Shown: in pieces, positions 24,801-39,800 of the stretch
Layout of the letters: every line of letters starts with the position of its first letter
Numbering within the stretch: position 1 is the first letter of the stretch
DNA from: Orbicella franksi
Taxonomy: Eukaryota
NCBI GenBank assembly: GCA_964199315.1
Contig: OZ116701.1
Location: 14,446,001-14,510,000, forward strand
DNA length: 64,000 nt
Direction: 5' to 3'
Translations under genes and position numbers: made by a program
Notes under the pieces: generated by a model
What the model saw: only the letters and a program-made list of their open reading frames with translations
Databases searched by the model: none
Told to the model about the DNA's origin: nothing

Positions 24801-27800
24801 TCCAATTTCTTATGCATAGGCTTCTTTACATTACATGGAAAAAATCTATTTTTAATTGCAGATCCACACTGAGTTTCAAGTTGATCTCCCTGATGAGGTT
24901 ACAGATGTACAGGTTGGTGATTTGTCCGCAAGAACTGGCCCTCCAACAAGCTTTATTGCTTGGGCTGAGCCCGAGAATGAAGAAGATATGGAAGGCACAT
25001 CTACTGAACAAGACAATGACTCAGAAAGTGTGAGTGAAGCACTTACTCCAGTTAGCAATGGTGAAGAAAGCTGTAAAGAGGAGGCGTCTACACCCTCGCC
25101 CACACTACACCAGAACACCAGTGAAGAATGCGAGAACAGACAAGGTGCAAATCTTAAATAGTACAACTTTGCTGTGGTCTGTTTTCAAAGCTGTGAATAA
25201 TAATGTTCTGATTACAAAGTAGCTTTGATGTAGTCTACTTTTCATTGATAGTTAACCTTTGTGCATATGTTTAGTTGTCTTCTATATGATAAGTCACCAA
25301 CATTATTCTGGCACTTTGATTCGTTCTTAGTCATGATCAATCAAAGGACATAGGTATATGCTGTAACAGATGTATGGTGTGGTATTCTACCTGTCTTTTT
25401 TTTTAGTTGCGTAAAAAGAGGAGGGTAAAGTTTGACTAAAATCAGTTGTGGGCTCAACTCTAAATACGAGTCTCAAACAAGAGAGAACAGTTTGTTATGC
25501 AATAAGCCATTTACAAGTTGCTTTTTACCTCTGTTTCAAAACAAGTCCCGTTACAGAACCGTTCATATGGAAATAAGTTTGAGTTGCAAGACAATAAACA
25601 TGCAAGAAAAAACCTCATTTCAATATGAAATGCTGTGCCCCAAGCCTTGTTTTCAAACAGAGAAAAGAGGAAGCTGGAAATGAGTGTTAGAAGTGTTTTT
25701 CCAGGTTTTTTTTTAATAATAAACTCCCACACAATTTCCATCCTAATTTATGTAATATAATCCATGTTGGTTGCATTATTTACAGATGAGGAGAAGAGTG
25801 CTGCTGACAGTCCATCTGAAAATACTGTTTCAGATCAACAAAATGGCAAACACAAGTTAACTGTCTGTTCGGTGTCTATTGTGTGTTCTTGTGGAAAAGA
25901 TCCAACAAACAATGCCGGCCAGAAATGTCAATCATTTGGACACACTGCAACTTTAATGCTAGCAACATTTGTGGGAAAGAACTACCTGACAAGTGATGCA
26001 GTAAAAGCAGAGGACAAACATGATTCAAATGCCACAGCGGGAACTCAACTTCACCCCTACATTTTAGTGTATGACATCTTGACAGACTCAGGAAACAAGC
26101 TAGGAGAAACTACTTCAAAACAGCATTTCAACGTTGACAGCAGTACTGAACTTGAAAAGGAAATGTTGATGCTGACCCCATCTGGGAGTGATGATGACTG
26201 GATGTATGATCAGCTTCCTGTTTATGCCCCTCCCCCTCCTCCGGTCCTTCCTCCTGACACACTTCATTCATCTGTGTTGCAAAAATTTGCCGAGGCTATC
26301 GCTGGTGAGAATGAAGACAAAGGAAAGACTAACAAATCTAAAGAGGAACCAAATAGATATAGGGAACTTCAGTGTATTGGGTTGTCAGTAGTCTGCAAAG
26401 GACAGTGCTGTAAGGTGTCCAACGTAGTCCCATTTGGGGATGGTCAATATTTGTTGATCAGTTTTGATGTATGTAGTTCCTGCAGTGATAAAGTGAAGTC
26501 GGCTCCCAATGGCTCAAGTAGAAAAACTGAAACAATAGTTCAATCAAGTGATGATTCTTCAGCAGAAGCAGCAAATAATTCTAGGCAAGAAATTAATCCA
26601 AACAATCATAATTGTGAACATAATTTTAATCAAACTACTCTTGCAGTGTACAGAATAGTTATCAATGATGGCGAGAGAATGTTGTCCCAACAGCCTACAA
26701 GAACAAAACCCTTTGCCATTACTGATGGTCTATTCAGTAGCATAGTTCCCCTGCCCCTTGAAAGCCATGATCACTTAGGTGACCTCTGCTTTCAAGAGGC
26801 CGAAGCAGAGCATTCTTCGCCAAGTCAGCTGTTGGTGGCAGCTGTCAGGGAGAGTGTCGTCCTTATGGATGCAAGCTCTCTGAATATTCTCACCAAGTTC
26901 ACAAATGGAGCCTCAAGGATTACACATGTTCTGAACTGTCCAGGGATGGACTGCTTTTGTGCATGCACAGAGGATGGAATGATGCACTTTCTTGGATTGC
27001 GGCACCAGCAGGCTGGTGAAGCAAGTTTAGGTACCATGGGAGAAGAGAGTACAGATGGCACTCCTCAGGCAACCTCAGCAGGTTCTTGGTCACAATCAGG
27101 TAATAAGCAACAGAAAAGACTATTTTAAAAAGGTTAATATTTTGTCGTTATTTATCCGCACTATTTTGTGAATGCAGTCGTTTTACACTTTCCTCCCCTT
27201 GTACTTCTTTTTTGTTCCTTAAATTTGAGCTATAATTTTGTAGTATTTGGAGTAATCTTCCATGCATAGTTTGTATATACAAGCACACATCCTGGTATGT
27301 CCACTCTGTGCAATGCAGTGGGAAAGTTACTTCAAGTATCACATAACCATGAGCTGTAAGCAGTTAACAGTGAGAAAGAAATTTGCAGCATCTCATGCAA
27401 TGTTTACACTTCCTTATAAAACATTACCATAAGTTTGTATAAATTAAAATAGGAATTTCTGGCATGCAGTAGCATGTTGATCATTGCATTACGTTTGCAG
27501 CTGTTGCTCTTGACCCTGATGAACCAGTCACTATGGCAGGCCTGCTGTCTTTGGTTCAGCTCACAGAGTTTGTTACATTGATGCCAAGGTTCACTGCTTC
27601 AGTGCCGTCATCTTGGGTGGAGGTTCAGCAGGATCAACAGCGTCTTCACCAACACAGCCTGCTAGACCCTGTGTTGCATACCAGGACATGGAAACTGCGA
27701 TCAGACAGTAGCAGGTACTGTATGAACCTGCCATGAAATGATTTAGCATAAGATTATGGTCATGGTATTTTCATGATTTTGAACTGCAATATAATTTAAA

Positions 27801-30800
27801 CTGCATAGTTACTGATGAAATCTCACCTAGAAAGGAACCAATCATGATTTGTGAGCATTTAAGGCAGTTTTATGTTGCTAATACAATTATGCTAGCATGA
27901 AGCAACTAGAAATATTTTTACTCCTCCCTGGATGGGGTGCTAGTTCATTGCAGGACTAAATCTCCCCTCCTCCTCCCCCCCCCCCCCCCCCACCACCAAA
28001 TTCAATTTGCTAGTACCTACATGTATTTATACATCTGACTTGTGGAGAGAGGTGCTGTGGGAGTTAAGTGTTTTCTTGCCCAATAATTCAAAACAATGAC
28101 CCTGATCAGGGTTCAAACAAACACACCAACCATCAGACCACTGACCCTCCTTTAAAAAAAGGAAGCATGACACTAAACTGAGTGGAGGGAGAAGCTCACA
28201 CCCAAAACCTTCCATTGAAGGGGCATGCATAGTATTTATTTAATATTTTCTAGAACAACACATTTTATGAATGGAAAGTAGTCACTTCACTTTTCATGCT
28301 AAAAGAAATTTTGATGCACAAAAATAATGCCCTGATCTATCATCTCACTCTCCAGGTTGTCCATCAGATTCAATGTGTCACATTTTGTTCTTACTCATTC
28401 TTTTACAAATGTTGCAGCTTTTTGACCAAGGAACAAGTTGTTGAGCTTGTGCTTCCACGTTACTGCCATGTGGGCCATGTAGACATCAGATTCTCACTGA
28501 GCCCTATGACTACTCAGCCAACAACAAATGTGTACCTTGTGAAGCCACCTTATCCTGGTTCCTTTAAACCAAATCACAAGGCCTTCACACCTCTTGTAGC
28601 TGAACATCTCAAGAAAGGTATTCTGACCTCGGCTCGAGAGCAAAACACTGTTGTGTGTGGCCCTGTGAATTTGAAACTGGGGCTTGATAGCACTGGACGA
28701 CATGGCCGTGTGACATTGACAAGCCCTGAACTGATCAAGTCCAGCAGTAGAATTTTGCTGATTGTTTTGGACAGCTGTGGTCCCAATGAGGATTTGACAG
28801 AGGTGTCAATAACGGTGACAAGGTTTAAAAACAACTTCCCAGCTGACTGCCACAAATTGAGGAGCAGCTTGCTGGAGGACAGCAGCAAACAACTTCTTGA
28901 CATTGTTGTGGGATCTGAGCCGGTGCTTGGGGCCACGAAAGTTAATGATGGAAGAAAACTGGCACTAGAACTTCTCTGCTGGATTGCCGGCATTTGTGTC
29001 AACTGCAATACTGGGTAATTTTATTTTAATGGTACACCTGTACTTGCTAAGTTGATAATCTTTTTTTTTTTTTGATAATCATGCAAATAAGTCAGTCATA
29101 TATGAACTACAGTCAGATCAGACATTCAGAGTTCTGTTAAAAGACTTGACAACAACAATCTTTATGAAAGATTCCACTTAAAACACACAAGCACACGCAG
29201 GTCATGAGAGCTAAGGTTTGGTGTTTCTAGTTAGAATTGTGCATTGGCTATACGGTATTAAGTTGGAGCCACAACTGTGGATAAACTGCATAGGAATATG
29301 TGCAAAAACATAAAATCATTACACTATAATAACTTCAGAATATGTGTCAACATTGGACACTGGTGAGAAGGAAGAAGCCTTTCAACACTTGCAACCAAGG
29401 TTGTAGTCGTAAAACTGGTAGATAAACTGAAAATATCTTCATAAAATTGCAAAGTTCTTTAGTGCAACATGAGTCATATATTTAACAATGTCCTCTGCAT
29501 CACTTTTGTGATTCTATTTGTTAATGTCCCCAATGACTTTCTGAGGGGCAGGATAAAGTGAATGTTGACAGTTTATTCTGACATCTTAACAGGAACAACA
29601 GCTTGGTACAGGAGGTGGAGACCCATTTACCCAAGTTGATTCAGATATGTTTTCTGTCTTGTGGACGAAGCATTGCTCACAAGTGTAGCAGACTTTTGAT
29701 GATGTGTGGCAGGTATAGTCCATGTTTTACAATGCGATTACTGTAGCTGAGTTCACTTTACAAAGATAGTTGTGTCCAGGAGCCAGGCTACTGGATTTTG
29801 CAGCTGGGCTAATAGATTCTGTCCTTTGCTTGCCCGATGGGCAAGTGACATTTTTGGGGGGATTTTGGGGGGATTTCCATATTGCAGAAGTACTGTAAGA
29901 GATGTGCAAAAAATATTGTATTAATTTGTATTTAATTGTGAATTATTCAGTCATGTTAGTAGGCAATAATTGGGGGTAGTGAGAAGAAACTTCAGGTTAG
30001 TACATCATAGTATCACTTCAGGCTTGCAAGGTTAACATAACAGCTGATAACCTTCTTAAATCTCTCCCTTCCTTCCCAGTGCAACTGTAATGGTCCATTC
30101 TAAACTCAATGCACAAGGTTCTGAAGTGTGATCTCTGTGAAATTTCACTAATATTAGCAATTCACTGCATTGAGCATCAGGCTGCAAGCTTTGGCATGGG
30201 TCGTTGTATCATGTTCTGGGTGCAAGACACTTTACACTCACAGTGTCTTTCACCACCCAGGTGCATAAATGAGTACCAGTAGAAATCCTCTAAATGGACT
30301 ACTGGTACATTGTAGAATTCCATACAGGAGTAGAAAACATACTTGTAGTCACTTAGTGGTACAGAAATAAAAGTACATGTAAGATGGCATGATTTGTCCT
30401 GAAGCTGGCTTAACCTATTTGTGGTTAGAAATTGTGGAATTTATATCATCCTTTGTCTTCTAGGAAAGCTGCTGGCCAGAGGACCTCCTCTGACTCAACA
30501 TCATCATTTAGAAGATCTCTTCTAGATGCGATCCTGGATGTCCTGCAAGCAACACCATGTGCTGTATCTTCTGGAGCAGTTCAGTGGCTGTTTAAATTAC
30601 TAACTGGATTTGCAGCTCAGGCAGATTCCACTCTCACCAGCTTTGTGTGCCTAGAATTGCTGGAACTTTTATCATCAAGGCTTGCCACTGTAAGACTTCG
30701 AGAGCATCTGTTTTTAAGAGCAAGGTTAGAAAGGTTATTGCTATTATTGCTAAATAAACACGAGTTGAAGGTCTGAGATTGTGTTTATCTACGATGCTGT

Positions 30801-33800
30801 CAACTCTTCTGATCTTTGTGCTTTCACAGGGCACTCTTTTGAAAGGACAAGTTGAGGGATAAAGTGTTGCTTTTGGGAAATGCCATTGCAGCATCTGGCA
30901 AATTTCTGATTCTGTTGTCTAGTTAACAAATAGATCCCATGTTGGCGTGCACCTGCTCAGTAATAGATAACAGATGACATCAAAGTGTGGGAAGAACAAA
31001 AACATGTCACGCAAGCGATAGTCAAGTGTATCACTGATGTTCTTACCACATTTTGACATCTTCTGTGATCTGCTACTGAACAGTCACATGGCAGCACGGA
31101 ATCCACTTGTTTTATATAACAAAGGAACAAATAAGAATGGTATTGACATCATCTATACATCTGTTGCTCTGGTTGATCACAAGTAAGAACCAAACAAACT
31201 ACAAGACTACTTTGACTGACTGGTGTATGTTAAGGCCAACTTAGAGGGTACAATATCTTTTGCATACAACTTTTTTGCATGCACTGCTCATATCATTCAA
31301 ATATACAAACTAGTTCTCTCACATAACCTTGTTCGGTGCTTTGATATCAAATGCTGAGTTATAGTGGTTGGTTTTGTTTTGCATGTGATTGGTTAACTAC
31401 ATTTGTAGTGTGGGTTTTTGAACCAGCCCAGAGCATAGCAAAGTAAAGCCAAAGCAATTCTATATTACTTTCTTTCAAAACGCAATTGAAAACTGCTAAA
31501 CCTGAGTAGCAGTAGTGCATTCCTGTCTCATTTTAATACCATGTTTGCTATTTCTTTAGATATGGTCTGTATGGATGCCCTTTAGATCCTGTTCTCTTTG
31601 ATGCTGTACCTCAACCCCCCACCAACCCACAGAGCCCACCAGTTGTCAATGGTCTAAGTGGACTATCTTTGGCTGTTAAGGGAGCACTTGCTTCAGGAAA
31701 TTCTGACCATGAGTCTTGGAGTGGTGTGAATTCCCCACTGGCTTGTCAAGGGCTCTTAGAAGTTCAGCCCCTTCATTTTGTGTGCTGTTCAACTAGTGAT
31801 GGTGCTCGAGTGGAGAGAGGTGACACCCAACAAATACCTGGTGGTAGTTTGGGGCCTCCTGGGCCATCCGTGGCTGTTCCAATGATGTCTGGTGGAATGC
31901 CTTCTTCATCAACATTGGCTCCAACACTGCCAAATGTCACTGATTCTCTGGTTGCTCTGGAAGTTGAACTTCAGATGTTAAAGGTAATAACGGGAGTTGC
32001 CCTGATAATGCAGTAATTGCACTGATCATTGCTAAAATGCCTGGAAAACCACTAGAATTTTGAGATTTTCTTCTAGAGATTTCGGGGGCTTTTTGAGAGT
32101 TCTCTCTGCTCTATGCTCTTCTGAGAAACTCCTGGAATCTTAGCAATAGCAATATTAACAAAAAGTAAAGGAAAATGCTCTCATAACCTTTTCCACTAAC
32201 ACTGGGTATATCAGCTGCCTAAAGAAGATTTTTTTAAACATGTGCACTAAAAAATCTTTTGGAATTCCATAATCCCTGAGTAGTGCAAAAATGCTGTTTT
32301 AGAGGTTAGGGAAAATCAATTTTCTTCCTTCATCCTAATATTACCTTGCTTGTTGGAGAGTTCTTTCCCAGGAATTTTGGGAATCTTAAATTAATCGTTA
32401 TGTACACTCAAATCCATTGAAAATACACCTTGGGTACTTAAATTTTTAATTTTTCTGGCCACACCTGAAAAGAGTCTTCCTCTTGTCATCCCAGTAAATG
32501 ACAAGAACTTTACAAGACTGTATTATTCTTTTTAGCTGAATATGTAAGTACAGCTATCAATGTTTGTTTGTTTGGCCACATTTCAAACCTTGAGAGGAAA
32601 GTTGAAAATATGGCGCACAGCGGTGTATTTTTGACGAACTTTGAAGTGTTTAGTAATGTAGTCAACGGGGTCTTAAGTGCTTGATAATCTTCTCAATCGA
32701 AACTAAGATATACCGTAAAAATCTAGAGTAATTAAGTTCAGATATCCAAACCATCATGGCTATGATTTCCTGTTGTTTAAATGTGATGAATTATTAATGT
32801 GTTTGAGAACATGATTTCAAGGATTTTTTTTCTATTGTGGAATGTCAGTGTACTTAGTTGCAAATGAATATTACTACTTACAATTTGTTGTGAGTAATGC
32901 ATTTTTCTTGTGATGCAGCAGCACAAACAGCAGCTAGTCAGCCTGCAGCATCACAAGCAGCAACTAGAAAAACACAAGAAGGAACTAGAAGATCTGTCCA
33001 TGTTGTCCCTGTTTCCTAAGTTTCTGTACAAAGCTGGAGATGTCTGGAACCCTCCACCAACCACTCAAACATTCCCTGCACCTGCTGGAACACCTATGTC
33101 TTCTACTAGCACTTTAATTAACCTGGCACAGCATAAGAAACAAACATCATCCACCAAAAAACAGGAGAGGGCAGCTGGTGTTCCTGCTTCTCAGCCAATC
33201 CAGCAGCACCTTATGCAGGTTGGTAATAAACAAGAATACACTGCTATGAAAGAAACTTGCTGACTGTTAATGTATAATAGTCAATGTGATACAAGGAAAT
33301 GGGTACATAACATCGGTCTAGATCTATTTGAGGTCTTGTTAATCAAGGCTGGACCCTCCTCAACTTCTTCAAAGCTGAAGTTATATTTTATAATTATGAT
33401 AACTTACTAATGCATCTGAAAAGCTTACCCAGGGGAAAACACTCTAATAACAGGGGAGACCTACAATTGTAGCTATAAATGAGTTTAAAAAAGTCACTAA
33501 TAGAAGCGAAGAATAAAAAAATTATTGTATTGGTTCATTCTGTTTCTCTTATCATAGCCCCCTCAACCTCAGATGCTGGTGATTGACCGTCTTCATGCAG
33601 GTGCTCGTCATCATGTCATTCTAGACTTTGGCTGTGTTGTCCAGTTGACAGATGTGCTGATTCCTCAGTGCTCCGACATAATGTCATTGTCTGTTGATGT
33701 TTGGACTCTGTGGGATGATCCAGATGTTCAGAGGGTTGCGGTGGTGTCAGACATTAACCTTTGTGCCTGTGTCCTCAAGGACCTTTTACCTCCCCCTGTG

Positions 33801-36781
33801 TGCCGATATGTCAAGGCAAGTGAACTTCAACAACTAGTATTTATTACTGTGATCAGACTAAACAAAGTTACAAAGATACTCTCCATTGTTTCAAAGATAT
33901 GGTTGGAAATTATCAAACAGTCAGTTGAACATCTCTTTTCACTAGGAATAACATTCTAACAGAGTAGTTTTCTATCCACAATTTTCATTTGTCTGCCAAT
34001 TATTCATTAACATCTTTCACTAATTTCTTAAAACATAGTTGACTGTGGTAGGAAGGCCCAAGACAAATGCAAAGGCACGTGTGAAGATTGGAGAATTCTA
34101 TGGTCACCCATTGTGTGGTCAGACTTCAATAAATGGAGAAACTCAGCTACTAGATGCAGGCTGTAATGACCAACAGTGTTTACCTATACTGCAAAATCTT
34201 CTGGAAGACATCCATTGTCACTACAATTTGGCTTGCACCCAGCTTCGAATCCTGCTACAATCATCTGAGCCAAAGAATCCCAGGATGGGCGTCACTGTTA
34301 AAGGTGCATCTCTTACTGAGGAAGAAAAGAAGGTCCACAAAGCTTACAACCAATGTATGAACCTGCAGCGTCAGCTTAACCTTGTAGAGCAATCCATTAA
34401 CAGACTTACTTCAAATGCAGAGAGTAGCAGTGTAGTTTTCTCCTTAGACGAAGCTAAATATGATCACCTACAGGTGATTTGCAACTGTTTAATTGACACT
34501 GTGGTGGCACTGATGGGTGTTGGGCCTTCTTTAGATGGTTATCTGGCAAAACCTAAACTAGCACTCGAGTGGCAACCATGGCTAAGTCAAGTCACCCCAG
34601 CAATGTGTGAAAACCTTTTCCGAAATCTGTGTGTACGTGGCTCCCCTCAGAAGCGTGAGAGAGTTGGTGCTCTTCTCCTGAATGCCTGTGGAAGTAAGCC
34701 TTGGTGGGGTGAATTTTTGTCCAGTGTCCTGAAAGAGTTCTTTTCTTCTGACCAGAAGTGCACCTTCCCACAAGAAAGGTATGGAACTTTCCTTGGTGTT
34801 TCTTTACATCCATAGTAGCTAAACATATTTACTATCAAAAAGTTTGTTGTGATAATTACTTACATATGCACCTTTGGTAAGAAGAGTGTTCTTACAGCAA
34901 AATGCAATGTGAAATGCGTGTGAGTTGACCATGTTCTGCATTTTTAGGTTGTTCGCAGTACTTGTGAGTTTGAGCCAGCAATCTCCTTCTCTTGAATCAG
35001 TGCTCGCAAGTTTTCTGAGCCTCTTGGATGGACTTCTGCTACTAAAGAACCTCAAAGTAGATTTGGAGTCAGTGGACTTGACATTGGTTGGCTGGCTTTT
35101 ACTCCTCTTGCAACATGTTCTTGACACATGCATAGTTCAATGTGAACCTACTTCATCTGGAACAGGTTAGTTACAATGTTAGATTACTTATAAAGGTCAA
35201 GCCCGTGTTTGAGCCTAGTGGCCCATTAGGTCAGAAGTCACCTCCTGTTTTGGTAGCATGAAGGGAAGAAGAGGAGTATTGGTAATTTCTCTTTGATGTA
35301 AGGCTAGTTTATTGCCAGATTACCACCAGCATTTTTTGAGGAAGATTTTGCCGTTATAACTTCCTGCTATTGCTAACTCAGTGTCATTTCACTTGGATTT
35401 GCCCTTGTTTTTCTAGTTATTTACTGCTGATTATCTCAAACTAGGCTCTTTTCAACTCCTAGTTTTTTGAACTGATTTTGGTCTCCATTGGCCTGAAAGA
35501 GCACAGCACCTTGCATTGCCATGTGCGTGACAATTAGTAATCCAGCCCACTGTATTCTGCCTTTTCCACCTCACTCTTCCTTTATTGGAAAAAGCTGTTC
35601 TACAGGTATGGGTGCACACTGCTACTTAGCCTTGCACGTAGCAGGCTGGGTGGGACCCTGACCCCTCCTTAGCATTAGTCACTAGATGTGACATGTGCCA
35701 CTCTTATGACTTCACATCCCCTTAAGTTTTACACGTTATTCACCAGGTGTGCTATGCACTGCACTTGTTAGAACATCCCTTACTTGCAGGGTGTGTTGCT
35801 GCCACCCCTTTACCTTTGCTTTGCAGGGTTAATGGGTGTGTTGCTTCCACCCTATTTTATGCCAGGGTGCACCCTGCAACCTAGTGCCATTTACTGCCAA
35901 ATGGTTGTGCAGTTTATTTACATACCTACATATCAAGTAGTTAATATCTTAAGTAAAGGCTTTTGTTGCAATAGCCCTTTTCATGGTTACCTTTGCTCGT
36001 TTGCATGACAATAAAATCTAGCGTGTATGTGAGGCAATTTCGGGCTATTTTGTAGTTTTAACCCGAAATTGCCTCGCATACACATTGGATTACATTGTAA
36101 TGCGAATGAACAAAAATTAACCGTAAAAAGGGCTATTGTCCAATATTCAACTTTTCTGAGGAGTAATTATTACCACATTCTTGATGTGAAGCCACATAAG
36201 CCTTTCATAGGAGGCCATTCTAATCCGGTTTTTTTCTGTTTCTTTTAGCTGAAAATGGAGACAATTCCAAAGGTTCAAATGACAAAAATGGTGGTACATC
36301 CACCCCTACTTCAAGTAAGAGCAGGTCATCCAAGCCTGCAAAAAGTAATAAATCCTGCAAACGAAGTAGATGGGACTTCATGCTTCCAATGCCAGCAACT
36401 CAGCCAGCTGGCCAAAGCAGTGATAACAGTTTCTCTCGTTGGCAGAAGCACATGAAAATGAGCAAGTGTGTATTTCCAAAAAAGCCACCAGCAATGAAAC
36501 CACAATCAGATTATTCTCCATCACAGCAGAGCCTAACGAAGGGAAATGGAAAGCAACCCTACAAGGTACTGAAGATGTCTCTGGAAAGAAATGTAATGTT
36601 TTGATTCATTTGTTTTTTTTAACTGGTTGTCTGCTTGTTTGTTTGTTTGTTTATTTGGGTTTTTGAGTGTGCTTATAAACAGAGAGATTTAGATAACTAG
36701 TGTGAAAACATTTCAGGAGGCAAACTTAAGTCTTATCAACCACAGTGCAGAATTACATGTGGGGTATGTGTGTGTGTTGTT

Positions 36782-36831
<50 letters not shown>

Positions 36832-39800
36832 AACATAGTGCTGTAAATCACCAGTTGCCTAAAGAAATTGAGGTAACCCATTTGATTATCACAAACATTT
36901 GGCAACGAAGAGATTTACTGAATTTCAAAAGTAGTGCTCCAAATGTTCCGGTAGTATTACATTGTACTATACTGGTATAGTGGCACACTGATCTTCAGTT
37001 AAATATACTGTATTTTGTTTGTCAAGGGTAGGGAAGACAACTGGCTTTTTGACTGGGTGTGGTATAGCTGGTGCCTTGAATAAGTTTGACCTTACTCATA
37101 TATTGCAATTGTTTATTAGCACATGAAGGGCTTGCCCAAACTGCGTCGTCTTGTTGATGAAGGAAAACCACAACCTGAAAGGACAACATCTCAGCCAACA
37201 GTGTTTTCAACAAGCACTCCTCTTCCAGCAAACACCACAGTTCCTGTCATGCAGAAAATGATCAGCTTTATTCTGAGCATGAACTCCACCTGCAGTGTTG
37301 AGTTGTTTTTGGTTGCATGCAAGGTGAGGTAAAAACTGCATTTTGGGCAGCGTGCACTGCGTATGTTTTAACCATTTTTGCTTTGGATTGGGAAATAAGG
37401 ATTTTTTTTTTCAAAATTACGTGTACGCAGTGATGCCAAATTATGGTGGCTGGCATTTCTTTTCAGAAGTAACAGGGAGTAGTGTTTGTATCAGATTACA
37501 TACTGTAAAATAGCCATTATTCCATTGTGAGAAACCAGGGCCAAAAAAAGGTAATGTTATGTCATAACTGTTTTAGGTTTCTAAAGAATTAGCCATTCAA
37601 CCAAAGCATACATTTGAAGTCTTGCCAATCAAGATGTTTTGTTTTATCATTATCAAAAGATCTCTCATATAATTTTCATGTTTTTGCTTCTCTTACTTGC
37701 TTTTCCAGGTTGTAGCTCACCTGTCGTGTGTAAGTGAACCATCCATTTGTCTTGCCGATGTAGTGACAGACAGTCAGCTGGAACAGCTTATGAGGATGTG
37801 TATAATGCCAAGTGGAACTCACACCGCCCACTGGGGAGGGCCCTGGGCTTCTCATTCCCTGACATCTCTTTTACAGGATCTTCTTCAAGGTATGGGTAAC
37901 AGGATTGACTGATGATTCGTAATGCTGATTTTCATTCTAATTCCTAAATGAGGGAATAACCTCAAGCGTGATTGTATTTCGCTGACAATGTCTACAGTGC
38001 AAGGATCATTTGAAATTATTAGCACATTATGTGTTGAACTATAGTTGCACATGTGGTGGCCTGATTGTGCATCCTTTCTAAATCAAGTGGTCTAGGTTCA
38101 TGCCATGCAGTGCGCTTCCTCCATCCACCTGGGTGTATAAATGGATCTCGGCAATTTTAATGCTCAGTGGTGACCCTGTCTTAATGCTATATAATGCAGA
38201 GGGAGTAGATTTGTTAGTTGCTTGCTACAATGGAAACCAGCATATGCCCCAGTAGTCTGTGTGACACTGAGCCATTGCAGATTTTACTGCTGAATTGTGC
38301 ATCCCATAAAGTAAACTTGTGTTGTAAAAAGTGTCTGGCTCTTGTGTGCTCATAGTTATTATAATTATTAGTAACTGTTGTTATGTCTACCTAGGTGGAC
38401 AAGGAAGCAAATCATGTGATACTCCAAAGAATGGAACCGCACAAACTCCTGCAGTTCCAAAAAATGGCACAGAAAGTCCACCTGTGACAAGCATCATGGA
38501 AGCTAAGGAAAAGAGTATTCTTCTAGCTGATTTGGAATATGTTAGTTCGTATGATTTATATCCGGATTATGACTTGCCTTCTGAGGGAGAACTTCAGGCC
38601 CCAGGTTGGATGGGAGAGTTAGGTGACATTGGTAATAGCAATGAGATGCCACAGCCAACACCAGTGCATGAGAAGCCAGTAATGCCATCTTCATGGGAAG
38701 CAAAAATCGGTCCACCTCCAGTAAAACTTTCATCTGCCATTGACATGCGGCTAGAACTTGGTGTTGAGATGGAAGCAGAACAAGATCTTAAAATGTTAGA
38801 GCTTCTCCAAGTGGATGCTATTGCAAAGGCATTGAGTACCACGATGCCATCCTCGAAAGGGACCACTGAGCAGCCAAGAAGGACTCTGCCTAGAAATATG
38901 AATGGCTCCTTAGTAGAAGAGACACTGCAGGCAGCATTTAGTGAGATCTTTAAAGACTGCAACAGTCCAGATGTAGATATCCCATCTCTTCTGCAGTTGT
39001 GGCTAAAGATTCGACTATGTTGTAGCAGCTTGCAACTTGATACAGCATCACTGAGAAATTTAATGTCACACGTAGTGAACCAGCCAGGAACATCTCCACA
39101 AACCCAGCAACATTGCATACAAGTCCTTACAGTTTTGTGTGAAGGGCAGTTGATGAACTGTGCTAACCCCGAACTTCAGGCGTTTCTTAGTAATGAAAAT
39201 CTTCTCAAATTTTTAGTTAGGCTACTATTGCAGATGCCATCATTTGGATCACATCCTATCTCACCCAATTCCAAACCAGTTAAAGCATTTCTGACTTCTT
39301 TACAGTCTGCTGTACAGGGCCACAATGATGCAACACTTTCCCAGGTATTCCAAGAGCTGTTGCTTCGGACGATACTTGAACTTTGTACAGGAAGGTACTG
39401 TTCTTTTGCTTTTGTCATATTGGCCTTTTGAATTAATGTTTATGCATATACTTTAAATGAAGGGTAAGGTTAATGCAATGCGTGGTGGTCAAATGGTTAG
39501 CTTACAGAACTCCAGATCAAGTGGTCCAGGTTCAAACCCTAGCCTGGTGGTAGAGAGGATCGTGGTGCGCTAAGACAACCAAGGCCAAAACCTGAGCTCA
39601 GAAATGTATATTCATGTCTACAGTACATGAATGAGTAATGTTCTCTATTTTGGCTTCATAGCTGTTTGTGAGTCTGCAAATGGTGTATAAGCCCTGAAGA
39701 TTCAAACATAGAACACTTTACGTAGTGAAACGTGCAAAACGTAGAGTACCTTGGCTATTTTTAATTTTATCATGTCCCAAGCTCTACATTCACTCCTAGA

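Noticed and set aside
39690-39745. Third hammerhead-like motif CTGAAGA...GAAACGTG
   Set aside because: Stem II does not pair, G sits at the cleavage position and there is no stem I; at most a degraded Penelope remnant.
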